A DNA stretch of 61,494 bases, counting the filler, from Platydemus manokwari (taxonomy: Eukaryota), in NCBI GenBank assembly GCA_037951405.1. It is 5 parts of 5 records of this genome, joined end to end, with 100 filler letters (N's around TTAATTAATTAA, not from the genome) between each part and the next. Parts side by side here need not be neighbours in the genome. Positions count along the whole stretch, not along the records: positions 25,005 to 34,245 come from JBBMOY011278762.1; positions 34,346 to 52,236 come from JBBMOY010688874.1; 3 more parts are not named here. One strand, 5' to 3'. Every line of letters starts with the position of its first letter. Within the stretch, counting starts at the first letter, position 1. Made by a program: the position numbers and the translations under genes. The notes beneath the pieces were generated by a model. It ran no database searches and had not been told where the DNA came from. It saw nothing but the letters and a program-made list of their open reading frames with translations. Of the stretch, positions 27,868 through 42,187 are shown in pieces.

Positions 27868-30800
27868 TTAGGATGTTGCAGCATCAAGATTTTTGCGGTA
27901 TATATAGTGGGTTCTTTCTTGTTCATTCAAACTCTGACTCCAAACAGGTGAACTCTAGAATCCTTTTTATCAAATATCGACAATGAAAACTCATCTAACT
28001 AGATCACATTTCCATTTCCCCAATATTGGACTGTAATTGTTGTCTGTCTCAATGAGAACCGACTCAACTGGTAATAAAAAGCGTGCTAAATGCGACCATA
28101 ATTCCGAGGACAACAACGGACTGAGTGGATATAAATATATGAGAAAGTTCAGCACAGCTCTGTAAAACATTATGCTGTGTTGAGATTGTTCATTGATCGA
28201 TAATTTCTGAAATTAATCATCCAATAAACACCAATCCTTTAATAATTTCCAAGCCCAAATAGTACAAATTATCATATCATGTGTTTTAATTTTATTTCAA
28301 AAAATGAAAAATAATTTAAAAAATTTTAGGTTAATGGAAAAAAAATTTATATTTTAAGGAATTTTCAAAAATTCCATTAAATCAAAGTCTGTCAGTTTTT
28401 TAAGCAAAATCTCATAATAATGAGTTATGCAAGTCCAAAGTACTGAAGTTTCTCCATCACGGAAATACTTCAATGATCCGAATACATGAATATCAAAACA
28501 TTAAGTGATCTAAATTAATGAAAATCTCAACCAAGGTATAACATTTGTTACCGTGTTATTAAAGATGAATAAAGTCGAGCATTATCTTCATAAAATATAA
28601 CTCAGTAACAATCGAGCAATTCTCGACGCTTCATAGAAGCTAGTTGTATGCGAATGCCTTAGAATTCCACCAAAGATACATGGTTATTTTCTTCACGTTA
28701 ATGTGGAACTTCACGTATTAATTTTAAAAAAAAAATCCTTTTTTCATTCAGAGTTATTATTCATTTGTAAAGAAAAATGTTGATTGGGTTTGAGCATTAA
28801 ATATTTAATGAAAATGGGATTCAAATAATGCTTTTGGAGCAAATCGAGAGGGAGTTATAAATAAAAAATAATCACTTAAATAATGATTTTTCCAGAATTG
28901 ATCATAAAATATGTGAGCTATTAAATTATTGCATAATATTGATATAAAGGCTATTATGAAATATTTTATGCATGAGTGTTATTATATTTTGGATGTAATT
29001 GTACCAAATGTTAAATTATTTCCATCAATATCTCATTCACTTAAAAAAAACTTCTTCACACCATCATTTCGCATACCAGAATATGAATATCCATGATTTG
29101 GACTAGAAAAGTTAATCAATAATAATGATAGGCGTGATCTTTAAGTTGAATATTTTGAATTTTTTTCCCTTGCTTCTCATTAAATTGACTCTTTCTGAGT
29201 AGTTTTGTCAAAAAATATCTTTTATATTTCGATTAGCAATGGAGTGAATGCATAATTAATATCAATGATTTGTTGGGCCTGTGCTCTTACTGAATATAAT
29301 CCAGCTTGCTCCACTGTTGACAAACTATTCCAAAAACTAGAAAAAACTTCTCTGCGAACTTACCAGTTCCTTGGCGTAAATCATGAATTGTATTTTATTA
29401 TCTACAATATAATTTCTCTGTTCGCTGCAGTCAACTGGATATCGATCATTATTTATTATTTTTTTCCATCAAAATAACCTAGTTTTGTAATGAACACAAA
29501 TCATTAATCGGTTAAAAAAATATCAAAATTATCGATTAGCACAATACCAAGATCATAAATAAAATAAAATAAAATCCAATTTTGATGAACCGATAGGAAA
29601 ATTAGTAGTTACCATAATAATCCCTGTCAATTTTTGCAGATTTGCTATGACAACGCTGATGGTGAATGTGGAATTGTAATGGAACATAATCTAAGCCAAA
29701 TATGTATAAATAATCCAGCCAATAGAATAATATCGACATACGGATTTCTCGATTGTTTGATAATTTTTAATAAATATATCATCCTTAATCAAATAATCTT
29801 CATCATATAACTTTTTCAAATTGGGAACAGGCTTATCAACGATACTCTGAATTACATTCCATATTCGTCTTTCCCAATTTTGTACCCCATTGACAACTAA
29901 TAATAATTCAATAATTAATTTAAATTAAATAAATAAATTTTGTATTTAATAAAAATACTACTCTTCAAAGTGCTAATTTATGAGTAGTGAACGAAATTTA
30001 AATTTAAATTACAATAATTTAAATAAATTCACTTAAATAGAACATATGGTTATTTAACAATGATTACAAACAATTCTAAAATAAATGGTTTAAATGAATA
30101 ATTTTTCTCTCAACAAACCATCATTTTCTTGCCATTTTCGAGTTTTATCCGGACCGGTATTGGACAAGATAATCAATCGAGTTGAATCCAATCCGTATTT
30201 ATCGACCACCGTTTTTGGACTGATGCCATTGTGCTTTGATTTACTCATCTTATCCCAAGATTCGATTAAAGACTCGTTTGTATCCACATGGACAGGAGAA
30301 TCATCTAAACCAAATTGACAAAATCTGTCATAAGTATCATACAAGAAAAAAGTAAAATTCATTGCGAGAATCACTTGACAAATTATTAAATAAATTAATT
30401 AAAATAGCCATTCCAAAAAAGTCATTAAGATGCAATCCAATTGTTTCAGTAAATGGAATAAAATTATGCTGTGCAATACCCTCATTCTGGTCATGGTTTG
30501 TGAATAACTATAATTGCAATACATCGCATGAATCCGTGTATAATAGCTCAGTTTAACAACTTCTTCACACTTATACGCGCAAATCATGAAACTTCAATGA
30601 TAAAGCAGTACTTGCTACCCACATATTCGAGGAGATACCCCAATATAAGGCGAGTGACAAGCACCCATAATGATATCGAATCACAACTACACAGCACAGT
30701 TCATTAATTTAGAAATTTAATAAATGAAGAAATTACGGCTTTGATTATATAAAATCATGTTTACATAATGCATGAATATACTAGACAAAATTAATTGGTA

Positions 30801-33800
30801 GAATGTATTTCTAAAATAATAATAGTGAAATTTATAAATGCTCAGAACACAATGTCCAATAACAATGGGGTACAATAAAAAATGCTGAAATATTACTTAG
30901 ATTTGTAGTCTACTAACTACATTATAAGTAGTAAAACTTTCACATTTTTATGAAAATCATGAATCATAGAAGAACAAAATTTAAAATAAACTATCATTAC
31001 ATTATTATGAATGAATAATATAATTTAATAATAAAATATAATTAATTAAAATAAAAATTAATGTAATTAACAAACCTTCATATTTAACAAGGTCACCAGA
31101 AACGTATTTTCCCGACTTAGTTACAAATGTTTTTCCGAGAATGAGACCAATTGGAAGAAACTGAGTAAATGGTTCTGGTCCATTTGGAAATTCAATATCA
31201 GTAAAATAATGAATAAAATGCGAAACAAATCGAGCATAGAATAAATGACGAATTGCGTGTTCCATTCCACCGATATAGATGTCGACAGGCATATTTTTCA
31301 TTACATTTTCTGGTGAACACATTTGTGTTTCGTTAGACGAATCAAGATAACGCAAGAAATACCAAGATGAATCCACAAATGTATCCATGGTGTCCGTTTC
31401 TCTTTTAGCATCGACATTTCCACATTTCGGACAAGTGACGTTCAACCAATCTAATGCTTTTGCCAAAGGAGAAGTAGCATTATCGTTCGGTTCATCTGAT
31501 TTGCAAAGAGAATATGGAGGTAATTCTACAGGTAATTGATTATCTTCCACCAGAACCGGCCCACAAGACGGACAATGAATAATGGGTATCGGTGTACCCC
31601 AATATCTTTGTCTCGATATCAACCAATCAGTTCTTAATTTACTGCAAAGATATCCTCCTCTACCGAGTTTACGTAAAGTTTGCAAACTTTTTTCATTTAA
31701 AGAATCTTCCAAATTGTTGTCCAATGAAACACCTTCAGAATCCACCCATTCGCTAGACATGATACGATTATAAGCTCCTAATCTGACTGATGAAAATGGT
31801 ATAGACAGTTTTGCAGCTATCTTAGCATCATTGAGATCAATAAGAGGAAATCCCAATCGAGCAGTCAAGCATTCTTCTTCATTAAATTTCAAATTGGGAT
31901 TCCTTACAACAGGTATCAACCTGCCAGATAAAGGATGCCTCACAGCCAGATGAGGATGGAATGAAAGACCGTCGAGTGGCTAATAGAAATAACTTCCTCA
32001 TTAAATTATAGAATAACAATATTATTTCGTATTATTCGAAACAATGTGGAAACATAAGGAATTCAACGAAGCCAATGACGACATTGTTAACAATAATGAA
32101 AATAAAAATAAATACAAAGATAAAAATAATCACAATAACTCATGATTTTAAACATCATTACCAAAAACAGATGTGAGAACAGCTTAGCTCAGTGTTCTTC
32201 AAAAGGGGGCGCGACCCAACAGTAAATGGCGAGAAATTTCATTTTTGACAATGACTTAAATTAAGATAAAATATCGATCGAATTTTAAAAATCTGGAATA
32301 AGTCTGATACCAGTCATCAGCGAAATAGAGGCAATATTTGATTGTTTTACGCCAGAATATGCAAAATCGTTGTTATTATTAAATATATTTTAATTTTTCG
32401 ATGTTAAAAAAATTAATTTATTATTTTAATTTAAGTTCCTAGGGCTCGCGAAAAAAAATTGGACTCGTAAAGTGGGTTGCAACACAAAAAGTGTGCAGAC
32501 CACTGGCTTAGAATAATGTTTTCCAAGCTTTTCACACGTATGACCCCCCCCTTTATCCAGATAATAATTGTTCTCAGTCGTCTCAAAATTTAGAAGCTTA
32601 ATTGAATCAAACTAGTTTTTGTTCAACTTTTTCAATATTTGTTCATGTTTTATCTGTCGACAATCAAACATAATATCAAAGATATGATTTCGGCACTTTG
32701 TACCGTTGTTAGATTTGTGATTTTTCAAAACTTTTTTTTTCAAATTTTTTTAGAGATAAACCAGTGAAAATATCATTATATATATAAAAGACAACGTTAA
32801 TAATATAGCGATCACATTAGAATTGAAATAATAAATAAAAATAAAAAAATATTATTATATAAAAGAATTATTATCAAATATATAAAATTATCTAATATTA
32901 TACACACAATAAATAATATTATATTAATAAATTAACCATTATGTAATAATATTATGATTAATATGAATTTTCTGTTCATTAAACATTGACCATCTCACTT
33001 TTGATGTTGAACCGACATTATAATTCCACCAAATATTATCTCGATTGATCTCTACAAAAGCCACAAAACCCGAAAGCACCATGACTGGATTGGTTGTAAA
33101 TACTGACAATCTTTCCAATAATTGATTATGATCTTGAACATTCACCAAATCAAACTCCACATAGACGCCTTCCAATTTACCCAACCAACCCTTCTGTTCT
33201 TCTCGAACATGTCGCCATTGGCCACCTTTGATAATTTCAAGTCCATCCAACAAGCTCTTCGACAGAGCTGTCGTCCTGATAAACCATTGTTTCAATGGTC
33301 TTTTCTCCACTTTCGATCCTGATCTCCACGATCGACCGTCATTATCGATCAATTCATCCGCTAAAACCGTCTTATCAACCGGATCCCAATTAACCATTTC
33401 CGATCGTTGGTAGGCAAATCCTTTTTCAAATAATCGACAAAATAACCATTGGGTCCACTTGAAATAGCCAGGATCACATGTTGACAGTTCTCTATTCCAA
33501 TCAATGCTCAGACACATTTGTTCTTTCATTTGTTGTCGCATTTCGTCAATATTTCTATCTCAAAATCAATGACAATTAGAAATGGAAATTGTTTCTACTT
33601 CACGGTCCAGATTTTCGGATCTAAACTTCTTTCGAGAGCAGCATTTTCTGCTGGTAAACCAAAAGAATCCCAACCCATTGGGAATATTACGTCTTTATTA
33701 ACTAATCTATTATATCTGGCTAAAACATCTGCAGTAGTATAAACTCTCATGTGACCCAAATGTAAATGTCCGCTAGGATATGGAAACATAGAAAGTATAT

Positions 33801-34097
33801 ACATTTTTTTTCGATTGACATTTTCTTCCAACTAAAACTTGTAAATATTTATATGATTACATTTAAAATGTACATGTTTTATGTTCGATAGTTTCTCTGA
33901 CCAATATTTTTCAAGATCTAATTTTACCTCTAGGTTGTAATTAGGCTTTAATGCGTATATTTAATATAAAACAAGAAAACTAGAAATAATAATGAATTTA
34001 CCATTTTATCGAAGCACGCCAATTTATTAATATATCTACTGTGATATTTAAAAATTGAGACATATATGGAAAATACATTAAAATCTAATTTTCTCAT
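27868..34097 (-). CDS. LARS2: Mitochondrial leucyl-tRNA synthetase, about 857 aa, 10 predicted exons
   Basis: Exons read by hand with consistent phases: 34097-34002, 33945-33874, 33831-33599, 33554-32999, 31979-31076, 30304-30119, 29896-29742, 29690-29613, 28206-28000, 27954-27868 (last one tentative; otherwise stop at 27991). Motifs [14 protein letters not shown] (HIGH), [51 protein letters not shown] and KMSKSKHNG mark a bacterial/mitochondrial-type LeuRS. Confidence 0.93.
28430..28700 (-). mobile_element. mariner catalytic-domain remnant in LARS2 intron
   Basis: [19 protein letters not shown] (HDNARPH-like) and [11 protein letters not shown] (DFHLF-like) occur in order, frameshifted. Confidence 0.6.
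32190..32505 (+). mobile_element. Buster-type hAT MITE in LARS2 intron, same family as 7641-8323
   Basis: CAGTGTTCTTCA...TGCAGACCACTG termini; TSD GCTTAGCT/GCTTAGAA (nnnTAnnn); shares AAATATCGATC...CTGGAAT...CGAAATAGAG and AAAGTGGGTTGCAACACAA with the 7.6-kb copy. Confidence 0.85.
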
Positions 34098-34245
34098 AAT
34101 TAATAAAGTTAAAATTTTAAATTATTTGATAAAAATGGATTAATATTTAAACATTATTACATGATCAAAAAATTTAGGTACATATACAATTCAAAATAAT
34201 AATGTAATAAATGATAAAGTATGAAAAATTTTATATTGGTAATTC

Positions 34246-34345
34246 NNNNNNNNNNNNNNNNNNNNNNNNNNNNNNNNNNNNNNNNNNNNTTAATTAATTA
34301 ANNNNNNNNNNNNNNNNNNNNNNNNNNNNNNNNNNNNNNNNNNNN
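34246..34345. other. Assembly spacer
   Basis: N44-TTAATTAATTAA-N44. Confidence 0.97.
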
Positions 34346-35112
34346 TGTACGATTTATTTGATTTGGATCAAATCTTCATTTCATTACAACATCGACAGGT
34401 TTGGGATCTATGTATCCAATCTGTTAAATAGATATTAATTATACTTATTCTTGTTCCTGGCACTTCTCAATAATTTCGAAGTCAATTTTCTTTAAAATAA
34501 CTCTAAAAATCGTAGATATCATTCCTATTGCTTCTAATGTTAAAAAAAAGGGGTCCGCGCTAATTTTCAATTAATTGCATTTTGACCTACTTTGACCAGC
34601 TTTTCAAATAATTAATTTTTAGTAGATTTTAAAAATCCTATGCATGTATTATTTTATTCTAAATAAAACATGAATATTATAAAAATATAGCAATTCAATA
34701 AAATGCAAGTTATTTTTATATCTGTTGTTAAAACTGGGTTAGAATCTTGCAGATTAAAATGCGATGGGGGCAACACACGACAATGTAAAAAAACAGTTAT
34801 TTTAAGCCTGTAGTTAATACAGTACTTTGCCTTAGTAGTTTTGATATCCTATTTGATATCAAGAGATGAAATTATTTTAAATATGATCGTATGGGTTATA
34901 TGCATAATTGATCTTTGTGTCAGATGAAGTTGGTTATGACATTTTAGCAACCATATCAATTACTTTTCTGTTGAAAGAAGCTTTTTGTTTCGCCAGTTAC
35001 AAGCGATTATAAGATTTTAATTATTTATCTTATTCATTGTTGCATTTAATTATAAGCATCGGGTTTTAAGTCGTTTTGATCTGATTTATCCTATATTTTC
35101 TCATATTGCAAA

Positions 35113-35649
35113 TGTTGGGTAGATCACAAATCAATCAAAAGGATCACAGGGACCAAGAAAAGAACCCTTAAAAGAGTCGATACACACAGACCAAATAAAA
35201 ACACGTGCCGCTAACCAATAAGATTCGTTCTAATACCAATTCATGTTTAGAAGTTAAGAATCGACAGGCACATACCTACAAACGGCAGCAAGCTCAAATA
35301 TACGCCAATGGCACGACAGATACGAGGAAAATTTAGAAAAGATCGATCCACGAACAAATTCAGCAAACGAAGATCTGTGACATCAAGCAGACACCCGATA
35401 GATCTATAAAAGAGGATGAGTTTCTTTCAGTCTTTTCTGTCGGTAACTTGGGTGTTAACCTTATCTTTGTGTGATTTGCAGTAATCCGTCATTTTGATTA
35501 CTTTCCATTCTGTTTCTGACTTTCGGGCGCTGATCCCATTTTGAGTGACTTACTGTTGTGAAAGGATTAATTATAATTATTGAGATTTTGACTGTGATAT
35601 TTTGGTTAATACAATTTTCAGATCTAAATTGTTGATTGATAACCCAACA
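35113..35649 (+). mobile_element. Solo LTR, family B, with 4-bp TSD
   Basis: TGTTGGGT...ACCCAACA 8-bp terminal inverted repeat; CAAA duplicated on both sides; TATAAAA box; inverted copy at 41391-41869. Confidence 0.85.
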
Positions 35650-37363
35650 CAAAATATATAGGGTACGTTGGGTGCTCTTGCAAACTGATGTCTTCATTTG
35701 ATTATAGATCTAGGCGATTCGATCCATTGATTGGTTAAAATTAGTTTATGAAATCTTTTTAAAAATATCATTAAAGTTTTTCTCAAAATATCTATTTATA
35801 TCGCACTGAAACTATGTTTAACTTTAGCAGTTTTAAAAATTTATTCTAAATAAATTGTCGTTGAGTTTATTAATTCAAAGATAGTATTTTGATAAATATA
35901 AAATCCTAGATGCATTGGTTGGCTAAAAATTATTTTCAACAAAACACTAGTAGCTTATTTGAGTGTGTTCATAGAAGAATTAATAACGAAATCACTAAAT
36001 TTTCCATAGCAACTTTTGTACAACAAAAAAAAATCGTATTTTATATTTTAAATGAAACAAAATTAACAATTCAAAGGGCATTTTGGGTTTTGTTTTCTGT
36101 AATGCAAATAGTGATGTTTATTAAAATTAAAAATTAAATTATTTTAAAAATGGATCTTTACTTCAACAAAAATTTAAAGGAACAATTTCAATAATAATTT
36201 AATAATAATTTAATTAAAAAATTTAAATAATAATTTCAAAAATTAAAAAAATACTTCTGAAATTTTTTAAAATATTAAAAATTTTAAAATCAAGTGATTT
36301 TAAATAATTTAAATATACTTATTTATGTACATGCCTGGTTAAGATTAGCAATAAAAGCTCTTTGGAAAAGATTTTAAAATTTGTTTAAAAAGTTGGATTT
36401 GTTTGTATTAATAAATAATTTACGAAAATCGTATAAATGAATTCATCCACTGAATCTTCAATTTTAACCGAGGTAGCTACTACTAAAACTTACAATTAGT
36501 TTCATCACAGATATATCTCAGAGAACAATGATACATAATAACAAGTGCTGAATAACGGTAAATTACAAAAGGAAAATTGCAGATATTGTAAAATATGTTT
36601 CAGATTATTTATTTTTGTTTTACTTTTATATAAAAATATCAATTTATCAATAAAAGAAACATAAATTTAAAACAATGACAATTCAAATTATAGCTTATAC
36701 TTTTTAATATAAACATTACATTTTATCTTTCAAATAACTCGATGTGATAAATAAATTCATGGTTATATAATAAGCAATTAAGTTAGGCAGATAAATGGTG
36801 GAAATTAATAAAAAATATGACTGAAAAAAATTATTCTGCGAAGATTTACCTTCCCTCCACCCACACTTCTATCGGAAAATTTTTCAACTAATATACCGCA
36901 ATAACTTCAAACAGTTATTTGTTTACGGGAAAAATAATCATTAACGAAATGGCACAAATGATTATGAGACAGTACTGGTGAGAGCGATATAAATGAACTC
37001 AAATGACATCTAAGCATGACATTGATAAAATTTATTTGTATACATAACCGAATTTTATATTAATATTAGAAAATTATCGACAGGTGATAGCAAATTTGGT
37101 TGTTGATCCATTAATGGAACACAGATTGGGTTCATAATTCGTTAGGACGGATGGTCGTGAAAGTTACCAATAATAGAATAATTTGATTTTGAAATACTTT
37201 TACAATTTCCTGCTAATTTTGCTGGTAATACACAGATATGGTCATTTTAATTGTCATGATGATTTTATCTTTGACTAGCTAACGGATAAATCCTAATATT
37301 ATCATTAAACATATTTTAGTAGCCTCAGGTTACCATAAATTACGGACATTATTTGGATTCTAG

Positions 37364-37732
37364 TGTTGAATAAAACAAGTACTCAGTACGTCTCTTGTCC
37401 ACAATGAAAAGCAATGACTCATAATACTAATACTGGTAGTTGGACATCTTCACATCGGTATTTATACCTGAGATTTGTGTGTAATTTTTGTATCACATTT
37501 TGATTTGATCTTTTATTTCTCAACTTCCCATTGGATTTGTTGATTTCGTATACTCTGTATTGTGTGTGTGGCTATGTGCTTTATTCGAATTATAATTTTT
37601 GATTTATGTCAATTGTCATTGGTTGATTGATATGCCTGTAGTTCTGGCATGTAAATGCTATAAGTACTAAATTAAGGGTACCAAGGAACAAAACCGTATT
37701 TATTTTTTGCAAAATTTCATCTCTATTCAACA
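37364..37732 (-). mobile_element. Solo LTR, family A relative
   Basis: TGTTGAATA...TATTCAACA termini; minus strand begins TGTTGAATAGAGATGAAATTTTGCAAAA, like 2231 (TGTTGACTGAGATGAAATTCTGCAAAA); shares CAAAATGTGATACAAAA and CCAACTACCAG. Confidence 0.7.
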
Positions 37733-38215
37733 CTGACATCACGGGAAAATCCTAATGATATAATATAATTTTTTATATTTTCCTATAACCCACCATTCTG
37801 AGAATTTATATTAAAGAGCTGACTTTTATAACACCAGGAGTATTAGGAATTGAATTTCTGGTGAATTCTATTTCTTTAGAGAAAAAATCAGCGAAGATAA
37901 AAAAAATAAAAGCTTTAAAGTGTATTGGATTAGTGCTTGAATTCAGTGTTACTAATTGGGTCTTCGCTTATTGATTGGTTGATCCTATAACAACTTCATT
38001 AATACTTTTTTAAGTTGTGATTATATTGATTGCATTTTAGTTCCATATCAATATATCCATGGTAATGGCATAGTGATATTTAAACACAAATATATTTATT
38101 ATGTTTTCTATTATTTTTACATAAATATAATATAAAACATCAGTTGTTTCCATCAATATTTATTTATTTATTTAAAAATCACACGCGTTTCTTTCAATAT
38201 TAAAAAAACTCATTT

Positions 38216-39920
38216 TTATCTAACTTTCCTCTCTAGTTGTTTTTGAGATCCTTTTTGGCCACTTAATTCTTCGAGATTTTGGATGTCCCTGGAAATTACC
38301 ATGTCTGGGGCCGACCTAGTCATTCTTTTGGCTAAGCCATTTGCCTGATGTTGGTATGGAGAGGTGAATTCTTGCTTTATTCCAAAACGTATCGCTAATT
38401 CCTTCATTTCCCCACCCTCGAAGATTCTACCCCGATCAAGGATCATTGATTTTGGAGAACCATACCTATAGATCTAATTATCGATAGACTTGCAAATACT
38501 GATCTCTTCTTCTCGAATAAGTGGCACTAAGCTTATTAATTTATTGAATCTATCTACAATAACCAACAAATATCTGGTTTTTGTCATAAATTCTCCAAAT
38601 TGCGCAACATCAATAATTATCTATTCCAGAGAACCAAACACCTCCCTTGGAATTATAATTTCTTTAGTCCGTTCAGGGTATACCTTCCATCTAGCACAAA
38701 TATCACAATTCCGTAATTCATGTTCGATGCTTCGTTACATATTTGGATAGAAGTAAATTTTTTGAATATTATCTACCAATTTCTTATTACCAATATGGCA
38801 CAACACCTCATGGAGGTATCTAGTTAGTTTCTGAGACTGAACCTCTGGTACAACAATTCGCTTCTTTTCATTTTCATTATACACTATCATATCTTCAAAC
38901 AATTCATATTTCTCTAAACTGTTAAAATATTTGCTTTTCTTGGCCTCTAAATTGACTCCAGTTTTCCTTTTCTGTAACCATTTTCGAATGGAACCAACGA
39001 CATTATCTTCTTGTTGATTCTACCTTAGCTCGTCATTATTTGCAATTAAATACTCGACAACATTAATAAACCCACTTTTTGACTTACCTTCTTTAGCACC
39101 TTGGTGCTGAGTTAAGCTTCGTGAACAAAATGATTCGCCTATCCTTGAGAGTCCATCCGCATTTCCATGATCTGATCCCTTCCGATATTGAAGTTCGAAA
39201 TTGAATTCCGATAAATTTGCAAAATGATGGCTTAGAACACCGCCAATTGCTTCGAAACTAGAGTCGGTATCTAAAATAATCCCTTTGTTTGGATCCAGAA
39301 AGATCAAAGTCGGTGATGTGCATAATTTTTCCTTAAGGTTTACAAACCTTTCCTCACACTATGTAATCTACTCCAATTTCTTGTCATTTCCAGTCTTCAT
39401 CACATAGAACGAAGCAGTAATTAATGCATAGTCTTTTATAAATCTTCCGTATTAATTGCATAATCCTAGAACCGACCTCAACTGAGTAATGCAACCAAGT
39501 TTAATTGCTTCCTTAATTTTCTTTACTTTGTCGTTATTAGTTTTTATACCTTCAGCACTAACCATATGACCCAGGAAATTCAACTTTCTAATACCAAAAG
39601 CACATTTTGCGGGTTTGGTTTTCAACCTGAATATCCTTTCGAGTTTCTCACTATGTTCCTCTACTGTTCTCTCATACACTAAAATATCGTCCAGATAAAC
39701 AAGAACGTCCCTGTGAACTAAATCCTTTAATATCGTATTCATTAAACTCTGAAACGTTGCTGACGCAGTACATAATTCGAAAGGTAATCTGTTAAAACAA
39801 AACTGCCTAGTACTAGTGTTTTACACCATTTTACAATTAGAATCTTCCTCAAGTTCAATACGATAATATGCTTGGCCAAAATCTATCATGGAGAAAACTA
39901 TCGCTCCATACACTGTTGGC
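38216..39920 (-). mobile_element. Ty3/gypsy pol remnant (RT-RNase H-integrase)
   Basis: RT (IDFGQAYY, LPF, VLVYLDDILV, KCAFG, FLGHMVS), RNase H (LDTDSSFEAIGGVLS, YRKGSDHGNADGLSR), integrase (HEVLCHIG, DRGRIF, SPYQHQANGLAKR) in gypsy order; many frameshifts. Confidence 0.9.
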
Positions 39921-40169
39921 TGCCTTCTGGGGTTCTGTGTAATAGGTATCTAACTCCTGATGTTTTATTTTACCTAATATTATTTTTTTAAAAATTATGA
40001 TTTTCTTTTATGATTTTGAATATTGGAGTTTTATATAAATATAATTTTTAATACTTATAGTCATGCAATTGGTTGTTTTAATATTCAATTGTTTAGTACT
40101 GTTCTTAAAATATACATTTATACTTACTATTACCAGAAGCCAAAAGTGAAAGAAATTATTGGTTTTGCT

Positions 40170-41090
40170 GCCTAAGAAGAAACCCTGAAATTTAATGTCC
40201 GAGAATGTGATAGATAAGATCAAAATGAAGTTACTCGATGGAACAAAAATACAGAAAACTGGCTATTAATCAATCTTAAAGCTGGGATCTTACAGTAGAA
40301 TTTCAAGAATGAAGCAATTAAACAAGACATAAGAAGGTGGTTGGTGGACACTTTTGAAATAAATGAGTCATTTATCAACTTAATTGTTGAATTAACAAGA
40401 GTTTTACAAAATGATAATGATTCAAGATTCGATTTCAAAAAGTGATAGAACGGTTATGAAATAAGAATTGGTGTGTGAAACAATTGTTAAAAATATTGAC
40501 CCTAGGAAAGGTCTGAGAGAAGTTCTTTTTATAATTCCAGCGATGAAAATGTCTGAAACTTAGTCCCCTGGCAAGATCAACGAAAGTAGAGAAGCATCTC
40601 AACAAATTCCTAATATTACAAATATAAATGAAACAAAATATAATTTTGGTCAGCGGAATTTCTCAAGACTACGAGCACATAGAATATTTGAAAAGAATCA
40701 GGGGATGAAATCACAAACACATGGAAAGATTCACTAACTCAAAACCAATTAAATGGGAAGAGACACAATACCATAGACGAGAACAACTTTAACGATCAAT
40801 GAATCACCATAGTTTAGTGACTATTGAGAAAAAATATCTAATATGTGGAAAAGGAGGTCATGTTTTCAATAATTGTCAAATGCTGAGCGGCCCTTTTCAA
40901 CCACTAGAACAGAGGATTTTATGACTTCATTGGAAATTGGAAGAAACCAGGAACAATAAGAAGTAACGATATCAATGGATATTTCGGAAAAATGATGAAA
41001 GAGAATGAAGAATGTTAGTTTATAGCGTCGGAAAAGATGTTTTGTGGGATCAGGTGATTAAGACAGAGTGGATTTGTGAAATTGCTTACG
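40170..41090 (+). mobile_element. Decayed gag-like region with CCHC zinc-knuckle remnant
   Basis: YLICGKGGHVFNNC at about 40833-40875; purine-rich broken frames; opposite orientation to the neighbouring pol. Confidence 0.5.
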
Positions 41091-41390
41091 AAAAATTATA
41101 AAGCTAGAGAAATTAGCACGGAAATAATTTTGAATTAAAACAAAATGTGTGGTAAAAATTAATGAGTAGAAGACCACAGCTGCCCAGTTGTTAAATAATA
41201 GGAAAATCTACATCGGATTGGATAAATTGAAATAAGGTTCATTATGGATTTATAGAAAAATTCCTTAACAATTATTAAAAGTTACCGTCAAATAATAATT
41301 AAAAATTATTTGCTGTTGTGATCAAATATTTAATGGTATATAAATTTGTATAAATAATTTTTTAAAGCTGATATTGTTGTCAAATATATG

Positions 41391-41869
41391 TGTTGGGTTA
41401 TCAATCAACAATTTAGATCTGAAAATTTGTATTAACTAAAATATTACACTCAAAGTCTCAAAAAATACAGTAACTCTTTGCGCAAATCACAAAGAAAATC
41501 ACTCAAGACGGAATCACCACCAGAAAGTCAAAGCAGAATGAAGAGTAACCAAAAAGACTTATTATTAAAATCACGCATAAACTAAGCACTGATGTTACCG
41601 ACCAAAAAAGACTGGCAGAAATCCATGAAATCAACCTCTTTTATTTGTTCGTGGATTGATTTGCTTGAGATTTTCCTTACATCTCTTGCCATTGGCGGAT
41701 ATTTGAGCTTGATGCAGTTTGTAGGTATGTGCCTGTCGATTCTGAGCTTCAAAATATAGATTAATATTAGAACGAATTTGATTGGTTAGCGGTACGTGCG
41801 TTTATCGGGTCTGAGTGTTCTTTTCTTAGTTCTTGTGACCCTTTTAATTGATGTGTGATATGTCGAACA
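41391..41869 (-). mobile_element. Solo LTR, family B, second copy
   Basis: Reverse complement of 35113-35649 (TGTTGGGTTATCAATCAACAATTTAGATCTGAAAATT; TTTGTAGGTATGTGCCTGTCGATTC; ATTGGTTAGCGG); near-TSD TATG/AATG. Confidence 0.85.
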
Positions 41870-41899
41870 AATGTCAAATTTCATGCCAATATATGCTTT

Positions 41900-42170
41900 G
41901 GTTAAAAGCTGCGCTCATCGTTGTCAAAACAAAAAGTTTTTTTTGAATTTCAAAAAGTTTGAGTTTATTGAGCAAAAAAGCTTTGATGATGTAGAATGTC
42001 TACAGTGACCAGGCTATGTAGAAAACAAGAGCATATGAGTGTTATAAAATGTTCAAAAGGAGTGGAAACGGTGTTGAAGATGAATCGCATTCGATAATAG
42101 TGTAAACACCAACTAGAGCGCAACATAACAAGAAAAACAAGGAATTGGTGCCTGAAATATTATTCGTGCT
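41900..42170 (+). mobile_element. mariner transposase N-terminal remnant
   Basis: VYSDQAM*KTRAYECYKMFKRSGNGVEDESHS...KENKELV resembles mariner VYGExxLSxxxVYEWxKxFxxGRExVEDExRSGRP. Confidence 0.6.
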
Positions 42171-42187
42171 TTATTCATCGTTTACAT

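Noticed and set aside
30094-33742. Plus-strand ORFs at 30094, 31582, 33122, 33228 and 33518
   Set aside because: Antisense shadows of LARS2 exons.
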